A stretch of DNA of 41,524 bases from NCBI GenBank assembly GCA_035646435.1, contig DASRPJ010000100.1, positions 1 through 41,524 on the forward strand. Direction: 5' to 3'. The position numbers were made by a program, and so were the translations under genes. The notes beneath the pieces are model-generated. The model saw only the letters and a list, made by a program, of their open reading frames with translations, was not told where the DNA came from and did no database searches. Below, piece after piece: positions 34,101 to 41,524 of this stretch (the first letter of the stretch is position 1; every line of letters begins with the position of its first letter). This DNA is from Thermoanaerobaculia bacterium. GTDB taxonomy: Bacteria > Acidobacteriota > Thermoanaerobaculia > UBA5066 > Gp7-AA6.

Positions 34101-34290
34101 CTCGGCGGCCGCGCTCCGGCACTCTCTCGGGACGCCGCTCGCGCCGGCTGACCACGCGAAGCTCGAGCTGCGCCTGGACACGGCGCGCCGGAGCCTGCCG
34201 AGCTCCGAAGGAGCCGCGGCGTGGATGGAAGGCTGGACGACCCCTCTCGAGAAGACCGTCGATGCCGCGCTCCGCGCGGAAGCCGGCTGA
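31192..34290 (+). CDS. Cytoplasmic Ser/Thr kinase fused to an NB-ARC/STAND P-loop NTPase and a TPR array (kinase 2)
   Basis: Kinase motifs [30 protein letters not shown]. Walker A GFGGIGKT at 32185-32208, Walker B-like LLVLDNFE. C-terminal third has about 8 TPR-like repeats (recurring L..LA.....G(D/E)...A......E(S/A)L.I.RE.GD). No TM. Confidence 0.9.
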   Translation: MPLATGSRLGPHEIIAPLGQGGMGEVYRARDTRLGREVAIKILPPILASDRERLRLLEHEARAASALNHPNIVTIYEIGQEGATSYISMELVQGSSLRDLVLEGAVPLRRLLSIAAQTADGLAKAHAAGIVHRDLKPENLMVSSDGFVKILDFGLAKLVPTETESPDEASTSSHAELAGGVAGTVGYMSPEQASGKPIDFRSDQFSLGSVLYELATGTRAFRRETPVQTLAAILEDEPEPIASRNARLPAPFCWIVERCLSKDPDGRYASTRDLARDLAALREHLSGKSEALGPRPSSLPVPRTRFVGREKERAALRALLERPEVRVVSLTGFGGIGKTRLALQVAEDMTALFPAGISFVPLESARDAEQMVAAICRAIGVRETAGQTLRDSLKEQLAAGGRSPRLLVLDNFEQLAAAAPAVADLVAAAPGINVLVTSRSPLHVYGEHEFPVPPLALPDLDALPPLETLTQYESVALFLQQAQAIKPDFALTKENAPQIAEICARLDGLPLALELAAARVKLLSPAAMQSRLEKRLQLLTGGALDLPARQRTLRGAIEWSHDLLDEDEQKLFRRLSVFVDGCTLEAVEAACNAKEDLQVDVLDGMSSMVDKSLVRQIEAEGEEPRFVMLETIREYALERLAASGDDPITRRGHAAYCLVLAEEIGSARVTSVVDSAAWLDQCEREHGNLNAALEWTCRNDEGNWGLRLGGALFQFWERREYISEGRDWLAKLLALPSAARRDKVRARAAFAAGVLAGAQRDYERAHTLLGESLEINRETDDKWAAAVSLNALAVTALDRRDVAAARSLSEQNLDVWRELGDKAAVGRSLSNLASVVKEQGDYALARSLYDEALAAFREIGDETAAARVRNKQGDVARAQGDAAGAKELYERSLATFREFGDRWGTALALADLGNLAREGKDFSLARSHYRESLRIFQDLDYKRGVAQILESFACAAAAEGEPKEALALAGSAAALRHSLGTPLAPADHAKLELRLDTARRSLPSSEGAAAWMEGWTTPLEKTVDAALRAEAG

Positions 34291-34299
34291 CGCCCGACT

Positions 34300-34572
34300 C
34301 TAGACGGCCGTCATCGGGTCGACGAGGCGGCGCACGGCCGAGATGCGGTTCGCCGGGAACTGACCCCGGCGCGCATGCTCGCGGATGAGGGTCTCGTCCG
34401 GGGCGATGTAGACGCAGTACATCTTGTCGCCCGTCACGTAGCTGTGCAGCCACTGGATCTCGGGCCCCAACGCCGTCAGGACCTCGTTCGACTTGCGGGC
34501 GATCGCGCGGACCTCCTCGTCCGAAAGGTTCCCCAAACCCGGGATCTCGCGCTCGATGACGAACTTGGGCAT
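34300..34572 (-). CDS. DUF4242 family small protein
   Basis: ATG at 34572 with GGAGG 6 nt upstream. 90 aa: MPKFVIEREIPGLGNLSDEEVRAIARKSNEVLTALGPEIQWLHSYVTGDKMYCVYIAPDE..., matching the DUF4242 pattern. The rest of the 34300..35394 track ORF is antisense to kinase 3 and is rejected. Confidence 0.8.
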   Translation of the reverse strand: MPKFVIEREIPGLGNLSDEEVRAIARKSNEVLTALGPEIQWLHSYVTGDKMYCVYIAPDETLIREHARRGQFPANRISAVRRLVDPMTAV

Positions 34573-34623
34573 GACCGTCCTCCGGTCGGATGCTAACAAA
34601 CGGCCGGTATAGGCTTTCCGCGC

Positions 34624-37290
34624 TTGCCCCTGACAACCGGTTCCCGTCTCGGACCTTACGAGATCCTCGCGCCGCTCGGCGCCGGAGGAATGGGCGAGGT
34701 CTACCGGGCGCGGGACACCAAGCTCCAACGCGACGTCGCGATCAAGGTCCTGCCTGAGAGGCTGGCGTCCGACGCGGCGGCGCTCGCGCGCTTCGAGAGA
34801 GAAGCCCGGGCGGTCGCGGCACTCTCGCACCCGAACGTCCTCGGGATCTACGACCTCGGCCGCGACGACTCGGTCACGTACGTCGTGATGGAGCTGCTCC
34901 AGGGAGAGACCCTCCGGGGGAGTCTCGATGAAGGGCGGCTTCCGCAGAGGAAAGCGCTCGAATACGGCCTGCAGATCGCGCACGGGCTGGCGGCGGCGCA
35001 CGAAAAGAACATCGTCCACCGAGACCTGAAACCCGAGAACGTTTTCGTCACCTCCGAGGGCCGCGTCAAGATCCTCGACTTCGGTCTGGCCAAAATGGCC
35101 GACCGGGAGAGCGGCGAGACGCAGTCTCCCACGGTGGTGGCGGCGACGGAGCCCGGCACGGTGATGGGGACGGTCGGCTACATGTCGCCCGAGCAGGTGC
35201 GGGGAAAACCGGCCGACCATCGCTCGGACATCTTCTCTTTTGGCGCCGTGCTCTACGAGATGCTCTCCGGCACGCGCGCTTTTCGCGGCGAGTCGGCCGC
35301 GGAGACGATGGCGGCCATCGCGCAGAAGGATGCGCCCGAGCTTTCGGGGATCGACTCCCCGATCGCCTCCTCGCTCGACCGGATCGTGCGGCACTGTCTC
35401 GAGAAGAACCCCAACGAGCGTTTCCAGTCGGCGCGCGACCTCGCGTTCGACCTTCAGTCCCTGACGACAACAACCGGGTCCACGGGCATTACGGTCTCTC
35501 GGCCGGCGGTGTCGAGGCGTCGTCTCGTCTCTGCCCTCCTCGCGGCTGTTTCGCTGATCGTCGCCGCCGCGATCGGGCGCTGGACTGCGACCCGGTCGGC
35601 GACGCCGGCCGGAGAGGGAGCCGCCCCCGGCCGTTTTGCCGCCCTCACCGATCAGCCGGGGGTCGAACGCGCCCCGGCCCTCGCTCCCGACGGAAGGTCG
35701 TTCGTCTACGTCGGCGGCGCTTCCGACAACGAGGACATCTTCGTTCAGCGGGTTGGAGGCCGGAACCCGACTAACCTGACGGCGGATTCTCCCGTCCGGG
35801 ACGAGGCGCCGGCGTTTTCACCGGATGGCGAGCAGATCGCCTTCCGCTCCGAGCGCGAAAAAGGCGGACTCTTCGTGATGGGAGCTACCGGCGAGTCCGT
35901 GCGACGCATTTCGGACTTCGGCTTCGATCCCAGCTGGTCGCCCGATGGCCGCGAGCTCGCCGTGGCGACCGAGCCCATCCGCGACCCCACGACCCGGGCC
36001 ACCGTGAGCGAGATCTGGGCCGTCGACGTCTCCACGGGTAAGAGACGCCTCGTCGCGCGCGGGGACGGCGTCGCCCCCCGGTGGTCCCCCAACGGGCACC
36101 GCATCGCGTATTGGGGGTTGCCCCCCTCGAAGTCGCAACGCGACGTCTTCACCGTCGCGGCGGACGGCTCACAATCCGACGCTCCCGTGCCCGTCACGAA
36201 CGACGGGGAGTTCGACTGGAGCCCGGCCTGGTCGCCCGACGGCCGGTTCCTCTACTTCTCGAGCGATCGCGGCGGCACGATGAACCTCTGGCGCGTCGGG
36301 ATCGACGAGAAAACGGGGAAAGTGCTCGGCCCTCCGGAGCCGGTCACGACCCCGGCCAGCTGGGTCAGCCACGCGACCTTCTCCCGGAACGGGGATCTTC
36401 TGTTCTCGACGCTCACCGAGCGCTCGAACGTGATGAAGGTCGGCTTCGATCCCGCGCGCGAGGCGGTGATCGAGAGTCCCGCTGCCATTCTGAAGGGCAC
36501 CCGCCTCATCAACTCGCTCGACTGGTCGCCCGACGGTCAATGGCTCGTCTTCGACGGTCCGAAAGGGAGCCGGGAGGACCTGTATCTGATCCGCGCCGAC
36601 GGGTCGGGCTACCGGCAGTTGACGGACGCGCCTTTCCAGCATCGCGTTCCCCGCTGGTCCCCCGACGGGTCGCGGATCGCTTTCTACTCGAACCGCTCCG
36701 GTTCGGCGCAGATATGGACGATTCACCCGGATGGGTCGGGCCTGGAGCAGGTCTCGTCGCTCGAAAACGGCGCGCTCTACCCGACGTGGTCGCCCGACAG
36801 CCGACGGATCGCAGTGACGGGCAGCGGCAAGTACCCGAACGCGATTCTCGAGCTCGGACGAACGGACGATAAGGGGGTCGTCGGCCTTCCGCTTTTACCC
36901 ACCGGCGACAACTTGAACCCCTTCTCCTGGTCGCGCGACGGCAAGCTTCTGGCCGGATTCCGGGACCGCGAAGACCGATCGACGGAGGTGCTCGTCTACT
37001 CGTTTGCCATGGGACGTTACGAGAGCGTGGACTCCTCCGGCCGAACCCCGCACTTCCTTTCCGACGGCCGGAGGCTGCTCTTCCAGAAGGACAACGGCGT
37101 CGTGCTCCTGGACGTCGAAACGAAGCGGTCGAAACAGATCCTGCCTGCCGGGACGCTGCCGGAGGGCTGGGCGATGAAATTCGGTATATCCAGGGACGAC
37201 CGTCAGCTCGCCTACATCGAGACGCAGCGAGAGGGCGACGTCTGGATGATGATCCTCGGCGCAGAGGAAGGCGCGGAGAAGACGCCGTGA
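34624..37290 (+). CDS. Receptor Ser/Thr kinase with TM and TolB-like PD40 beta-propeller ectodomain (kinase 3)
   Basis: Forced TTG start (in-frame TAA at 34594). [52 protein letters not shown]40 motifs ([72 protein letters not shown]). Confidence 0.92.
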   Translation: MPLTTGSRLGPYEILAPLGAGGMGEVYRARDTKLQRDVAIKVLPERLASDAAALARFEREARAVAALSHPNVLGIYDLGRDDSVTYVVMELLQGETLRGSLDEGRLPQRKALEYGLQIAHGLAAAHEKNIVHRDLKPENVFVTSEGRVKILDFGLAKMADRESGETQSPTVVAATEPGTVMGTVGYMSPEQVRGKPADHRSDIFSFGAVLYEMLSGTRAFRGESAAETMAAIAQKDAPELSGIDSPIASSLDRIVRHCLEKNPNERFQSARDLAFDLQSLTTTTGSTGITVSRPAVSRRRLVSALLAAVSLIVAAAIGRWTATRSATPAGEGAAPGRFAALTDQPGVERAPALAPDGRSFVYVGGASDNEDIFVQRVGGRNPTNLTADSPVRDEAPAFSPDGEQIAFRSEREKGGLFVMGATGESVRRISDFGFDPSWSPDGRELAVATEPIRDPTTRATVSEIWAVDVSTGKRRLVARGDGVAPRWSPNGHRIAYWGLPPSKSQRDVFTVAADGSQSDAPVPVTNDGEFDWSPAWSPDGRFLYFSSDRGGTMNLWRVGIDEKTGKVLGPPEPVTTPASWVSHATFSRNGDLLFSTLTERSNVMKVGFDPAREAVIESPAAILKGTRLINSLDWSPDGQWLVFDGPKGSREDLYLIRADGSGYRQLTDAPFQHRVPRWSPDGSRIAFYSNRSGSAQIWTIHPDGSGLEQVSSLENGALYPTWSPDSRRIAVTGSGKYPNAILELGRTDDKGVVGLPLLPTGDNLNPFSWSRDGKLLAGFRDREDRSTEVLVYSFAMGRYESVDSSGRTPHFLSDGRRLLFQKDNGVVLLDVETKRSKQILPAGTLPEGWAMKFGISRDDRQLAYIETQREGDVWMMILGAEEGAEKTP

Positions 37291-37312
37291 CGATCGGCCA
37301 CGCCTCCGGGAG

Positions 37313-37552
37313 ATGACCATGAAGACCATAACCGCTTCGCGGTTCAAAGCCGACTGCTTGAAGATCATGGACGAGGTGAAGGTCGGCCGCGAACCCGTCC
37401 TGATCACCAAGAAGGGGAAGGCCGTGGCGCAGCTCATGCCCGTCGAAGAGCGGGCCCTCGAGGTCTTCGGGTGCCTCTCCGGCGAGCTCGAAATCGCGGG
37501 CGATATCACCCCGGCCATGTCCCCGCCCTCGCGTTGGAAGGGATCGCAGTGA
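37313..37552 (+). CDS. Type II antitoxin, Phd/YefM family
   Basis: MKTITASRFKADCLKIMDEVKVGREPVLITKKGKAVAQLMPVEE is a typical Phd/YefM N-terminal domain. The ATG at 37319 has better spacing to GGGAG than the ATG at 37313. Confidence 0.85.
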   Translation: MTMKTITASRFKADCLKIMDEVKVGREPVLITKKGKAVAQLMPVEERALEVFGCLSGELEIAGDITPAMSPPSRWKGSQ

Positions 37553-37696
37553 TACTCCTCGACACGCACGACGATCGTTTCCCTGGCCACGCAGTCCCCC
37601 GCCGAGTTCTCTTCCGATCCGGCCGACCGCCTGATCGCGGCGAGCGCACGCGCCGAGCGACTCACGCTGGTGACAAGCGTTCGGACGATCTGGTGA
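37549..37696 (+). pseudogene. Eroded PIN-domain (VapC-like) toxin remnant
   Basis: GTG overlaps the antitoxin stop (GTGA) and encodes VILLDTH, the canonical PIN N-terminus with catalytic Asp. A different frame (37616-37696) encodes DPADRLIAASARAERLTLVTS, the canonical PIN C-terminal motif. Only about 148 nt remain versus about 390 nt for an intact PIN gene, so there has been an internal deletion plus a frameshift. Confidence 0.55.
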
Positions 37697-37703
37697 CGAT
37701 CCC

Positions 37704-40424
37704 GTGAGTCTTTCCGCCGGCTCCCGCCTCGGACCCTACGAGATCCTCTCTCCCCTCGGCGCGGGAGGGATGGGGGAGGTCTACCGCGCGCGAGACACGC
37801 GGCTGGACCGGACGGTGGCGATCAAGGTGCTGGCGTCGCACCTGTCGGCATCGCCCGACGTCCGGCAGCGCTTCGAGCGGGAGGCCAGGACGATCTCGCA
37901 GCTCTCGCACCCGCACATCTGCGCGCTGCACGATGTGGGGCGGGAAGGTGAGACCGAGTACCTCGTCATGGAGTACCTCGAGGGCGAGACGCTGGCGGAT
38001 CGTCTCCTGAAAGGACCGCTTCCGCTCGAGCAGACGCTTCGCTACGGGGTCCAGATCGCCGACGCGCTCGACAAGGCGCACCGTCAGGGGATCGTCCACC
38101 GGGATCTCAAGCCCGGCAACGTCATGCTCACGAAGTCAGGCGTGAAACTGCTCGACTTCGGCCTGGCCAAGACCTTGGAGCGGTCGCTCGACGCGACCGG
38201 AAGAGAGCAGGCGGCCGTAATGCAGCAGCCCATGGCTGGAGGCAGCCTCACGGCCTTTCCAACGGTGATGGGGAGCCCGAACCTCACGCAAGAGGGGACG
38301 ATCCTCGGGACGTTTCAGTACATGGCGCCGGAGCAGCTCGAAGGGAAGGACGCCGACGCGCGCACTGACATCTTCGCGTTCGGGTGCGTGCTGTACGAGA
38401 TGGCGACGGGTCAGAAGGCTTTCTCAGGCTCGACGCAGGCGTCGCTCATCTCCTCGATCCTGCGCGACGAGCCGCCGCCCATCTCGCGGGTCCAGCCGAT
38501 GTCGCCGCCCGCGCTCGACCACGTCGTGAAGAAGTCCCTGGCGAAAGATCCGGAGGATCGCTGGCAGAACGCGGCGGATCTGGGGGGCGAGCTGAAGTGG
38601 ATCGCGGAGGGCGGCTCGCAGACGGGAGCGGCGGCTGTCGCCGTTCCCCGGCGAGGACGGCAAGCCTGGATTCCGTGGGCGCTGGCCGGTCTTCTCCTCG
38701 TCGTCACCCTCTTTCTCGCCAACGAGGTGCGCCGCCTGCGGACCGGTGGAGGCGCGCAAGCCGTTCACTCGTTCATCGATCCCCCCGAGAAGACCGAGTT
38801 CCGGTTCACCGGCGACGACTCGGCTCCGATCGCGATTTCGCCGGACGGTTCGCGCGTTGTCTTCGGAGCCGGAGGAAGACTCTGGCTCCGGTCGCTCGCG
38901 GCGGGTACTGCCGCGGCGCTCGCCGCGACGGAGGGCGGGCGGTTTCCGTTCTGGTCGCCGGACAGCCGCTCGATCGGCTTCTTCTCGGACGGGAAGTTGA
39001 AGATCCTGGAGGCCTCGGGCGGTCCCGTGCAGACGATCTGCGATGCCCCGAACCCCCGCGGCGGCTCGTGGGGCAAGAGCGGCGTGATCGCGTTCGCGCC
39101 GGACATCAGTACGGGGATCTTCCGAGTCGCGGCGTCCGGCGGCACGGCTTCGCCCATCACGACGTTGGCGGACCGGAAGAAGCACACGACCCATCGCTGG
39201 CCCTACTTCCTCCCGGATGGAAAGCACGTCCTGTACCTCGCGGCGAACCATGCCAGCCCGAAGTCCGAGGAAAGCGGGATCTATGTCGCCTCTCTCGACG
39301 GGGGCGGGCCGCGGCGGCTCCTGTCTTCCTACGACAGCGCCCAGTACGCGTCCGGCGTACTCCTCTCGGTGCGCGACGCGAGCCTGATGGCAACTCCCTT
39401 CGATCCCGAGCGAATCGCCCTCACCGGTCCAGCCGTTCGCATCGCCGACGACGTGAACCTGGACACCGGAGTCTGGCGGGGGACGTTCACTGTCTCGGAG
39501 ACGGGCGTGCTCGCCTACCTGATCGCTCAGGAGGGTGGCGGAGGGCGGCTCACATGGGTCGACTTTTCCGGCCGGAAGCTCGGGACGATCGGTGAGAAAA
39601 GCGCCGCGTATTCGCCCGAGCTCTCGCCGGACGGCCGGCGCGCGAGCGTCCTCATGGGAGATCCCAACAACGACGTGTGGGTCCACGAGCTTTCCCGGGG
39701 GGTGCGGACGCGACTCACGACGGACATCCAGGCGCAGGTCGCGCCGGTCTGGTCCCCCGATGGATCTCAGATCGTCTTCGTTCAGGGGCTGAGAGAGGGG
39801 CGCGAGGAGTACTTCGTGTCGATCATCGCGGCGGATGGAGGGAGTGCGCCCAAGGACGTCTACAGGTCGAAAGACCGGTTCGAGGTATCGGACTGGTCGC
39901 CGGATGGCCGCCATGTCCTGGTCGATCGCGGCAATATCGGCGCAACCGACCTGTGGGTTTTTCCGGTCGATGATCCGGGAAAGGCGTTTCCGCTCGTTCA
40001 ATCCACTTTTCTCGAGCATGGCGGCCAGTTCTCGCCGGACGGCCGATGGGTGGCGTACGTATCGCGGCACTCGGGGCGCGACGAGGTCTACGTCACGTCT
40101 TTCCCGGGCGGGGGCACGCGATGGCAGGTGTCCGGAAGCGGCGGGACGCAGCCGCGCTGGAGTCCCGACGGCCGGGAGCTCTATTTCCTCTCGACGAGCT
40201 CCGAACTGATGGCGGCCGCCGTGGACGCCGGGGGATCCCGAATCGAGGTCGGAGACGTTCGTGCTCTCTTCCGCGTGAACATGTTCGCGGGCCCGAGGCA
40301 CGGCCTCTACGGATACGACGTCTCGCCCGACGGGAAGCGGTTCCTCGTGAACGACGCCGGTGAAGCGAGCGTGCCGCGCGTGGCGCTCGTCACGAACTGG
40401 CAGGCGGCGCTCGCGAAGAAGTAA
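37704..40424 (+). CDS. Receptor Ser/Thr kinase with TM and TolB-like PD40 beta-propeller ectodomain (kinase 4)
   Basis: GTG start. [52 protein letters not shown]40 motifs ([85 protein letters not shown]). Confidence 0.92.
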   Translation: MSLSAGSRLGPYEILSPLGAGGMGEVYRARDTRLDRTVAIKVLASHLSASPDVRQRFEREARTISQLSHPHICALHDVGREGETEYLVMEYLEGETLADRLLKGPLPLEQTLRYGVQIADALDKAHRQGIVHRDLKPGNVMLTKSGVKLLDFGLAKTLERSLDATGREQAAVMQQPMAGGSLTAFPTVMGSPNLTQEGTILGTFQYMAPEQLEGKDADARTDIFAFGCVLYEMATGQKAFSGSTQASLISSILRDEPPPISRVQPMSPPALDHVVKKSLAKDPEDRWQNAADLGGELKWIAEGGSQTGAAAVAVPRRGRQAWIPWALAGLLLVVTLFLANEVRRLRTGGGAQAVHSFIDPPEKTEFRFTGDDSAPIAISPDGSRVVFGAGGRLWLRSLAAGTAAALAATEGGRFPFWSPDSRSIGFFSDGKLKILEASGGPVQTICDAPNPRGGSWGKSGVIAFAPDISTGIFRVAASGGTASPITTLADRKKHTTHRWPYFLPDGKHVLYLAANHASPKSEESGIYVASLDGGGPRRLLSSYDSAQYASGVLLSVRDASLMATPFDPERIALTGPAVRIADDVNLDTGVWRGTFTVSETGVLAYLIAQEGGGGRLTWVDFSGRKLGTIGEKSAAYSPELSPDGRRASVLMGDPNNDVWVHELSRGVRTRLTTDIQAQVAPVWSPDGSQIVFVQGLREGREEYFVSIIAADGGSAPKDVYRSKDRFEVSDWSPDGRHVLVDRGNIGATDLWVFPVDDPGKAFPLVQSTFLEHGGQFSPDGRWVAYVSRHSGRDEVYVTSFPGGGTRWQVSGSGGTQPRWSPDGRELYFLSTSSELMAAAVDAGGSRIEVGDVRALFRVNMFAGPRHGLYGYDVSPDGKRFLVNDAGEASVPRVALVTNWQAALAKK

Positions 40425-40477
40425 CGCCGCAGCGTCGGGGCGGAATCCCGTTTCGCCGTTGTATCCTGACGCCCGAT

Positions 40478-41524
40478 TTGTCTCTGACAGCCGGCTCTCG
40501 TCTCGGACCTTACGAGATCCTCTCGCTTCTCGGCGCGGGTGGGATGGGAGAGGTGTACCGCGCGAAGGACCCTCGCCTCGGGCGCGACGTCGCGGTGAAG
40601 GTCCTCCCCGCGTCGTTCTCGGACGACCCGGATCGCCTCCGCCGCTTCGAGCAGGAGGCGCGGGCGGCGGGGCTCCTGAACCATCCGAACATCACGGCGG
40701 TTTACGACATCGGCGCGCACGACGGCGCGCCGTACGTCGTGACCGAGCTCCTCGAGGGCGAGACGCTTCGCGCGGAGCTCGCCGGCGGGCGCCTGTCGCC
40801 GCGCAAGGCGATCGACCACGCCATCCAGATCGCGCACGGTCTCGCCGCGGCGCACGACAAGGGGATCGTGCACCGCGACCTGAAGCCCGAGAACGTGTTC
40901 GTCACGAACGACGGGCGGCTGAAGATCCTCGACTTCGGCCTCGCCAAGCTGACACACGTGGAGGACGCCTCGAGCGGCCGCGAGAACCTCCCGACCGCCA
41001 CGGCGGGCACGGAGCCGGGCGTCGTCCTCGGGACGATGGGGTATATGGCGCCCGAGCAGGTCCGGGGCCGGCCGGCGGACGCGAGGAGCGACATCTTCGC
41101 TTTCGGCGCGATCCTCTACGAGATGCTGTCGGGCAAGCGCGCCTTCCAGGGCGACTCGGCGGCGGACACCATGTCGGCGATCCTCCGGGAGGACCCGCCG
41201 GACCTCTCGGTCACGAACCAGAACGTCTCGCCGGGGCTCGAGCGGGTGTTGCGTCACTGCCTGGAGAAGAACCCGGAGCAGCGTTTCCAGTCCGCTCGCG
41301 ACCTCGCTTTCGATCTCGAAGCTCTGTCCGGAGTGTCCGCCCCCCGGGGCACGACCGCCGCCGCCCGCGCTCCGCTGAGCGCGAAGCGGATCCTTCCGCT
41401 GGCACTCGCCGGCGTCGTCGTTGTCGCGGCGATCGCGGGCGCCTACCTCGCCGGCAAGAAGCAGGGCTTCGTCCCGCCGCCCTCCTTCTCGCAGCTCACG
41501 TTCCGGCGCGGGCAGATCTACGCG
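40478..41524 (+). CDS. Receptor Ser/Thr kinase, 5' part (kinase 5); continues beyond the window
   Basis: Not in the ORF track because there is no stop before the window end. TTG at 40478 followed by [65 protein letters not shown]. The frame is open for 349 codons to 41524. Confidence 0.9.
   Translation, partial: MSLTAGSRLGPYEILSLLGAGGMGEVYRAKDPRLGRDVAVKVLPASFSDDPDRLRRFEQEARAAGLLNHPNITAVYDIGAHDGAPYVVTELLEGETLRAELAGGRLSPRKAIDHAIQIAHGLAAAHDKGIVHRDLKPENVFVTNDGRLKILDFGLAKLTHVEDASSGRENLPTATAGTEPGVVLGTMGYMAPEQVRGRPADARSDIFAFGAILYEMLSGKRAFQGDSAADTMSAILREDPPDLSVTNQNVSPGLERVLRHCLEKNPEQRFQSARDLAFDLEALSGVSAPRGTTAAARAPLSAKRILPLALAGVVVVAAIAGAYLAGKKQGFVPPPSFSQLTFRRGQIYA

Noticed and set aside
34361-34368. 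Extra GGGGTCAG match (minus strand; plus-strand CTGACCCC) inside the DUF4242 gene
   Set aside because: It is a single octamer with no inverted partner and none of the family-specific flanks. It encodes conserved residues (RGQFPAN), so it is probably coincidental.
34591-34605. sigma54-like GGCCGTTTGTTAGCA (minus strand) upstream of the DUF4242 gene
   Set aside because: The -12 element is TAGCA, not TTGCA, and the predicted +1 would fall inside the SD, leaving no functional leader.
34573-35394. Upstream 274 codons of minus-strand ORF 34300..35394
   Set aside because: This part is antisense to the kinase 3 catalytic domain. The real DUF4242 gene starts at the internal ATG 34572, which has its own GGAGG.

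Overview
High-GC (roughly 68-70% by eye) bacterial chromosomal segment. The paralogue families suggest Acidobacteriota, but this is inference only. Layout: (i) 3' end of an HhH-GPD DNA glycosylase. (ii) A complete, translationally coupled dcw cluster, mraZ-rsmH-ftsL-ftsI-murE-murF-mraY-murD-ftsW-murG-murC-ftsQ-ftsA-ftsZ (756-16875), with no murB or ddl. It is preceded by a sigma70-like promoter and a 10-bp-phased AAGTGG MraZ operator. (iii) A small stress-type module (YbaN-like membrane protein, BON-domain protein, unknown protein) with back-to-back sigma54-type promoters. (iv) Five paralogous Hanks-type Ser/Thr kinases. Three have a TM segment plus a TolB-like PD40 beta-propeller. A fourth (5' fragment at the window edge) has the TM segment and is expected to continue the same way. 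The fifth is a cytoplasmic kinase-NB-ARC/STAND-TPR giant. (v) tRNA-Glu(CUC), tRNA-Ser(CGA) and tRNA-Arg(ACG), the last divergently adjacent to tadA, the enzyme that edits it. (vi) A NatAB-like ABC-2 exporter. (vii) An MFP plus three MacB/FtsX-type permease genes with no ATPase gene. (viii) A DUF4242 gene. (ix) A Phd-type antitoxin with an eroded PIN toxin remnant. The least ordinary signal is a set of short repeat families sharing a GGGGTCAG core. One palindromic copy is inserted in frame inside murD, and a second copy supplies the murD stop codon. A MITE-like copy follows ftsZ. Doubled inverted copies bracket tRNA-Glu. I found no CRISPR array, rRNA, transposase or integrase. Many long Arg/Pro/Gly-rich ORFs in the track are high-GC antisense or off-frame artefacts.
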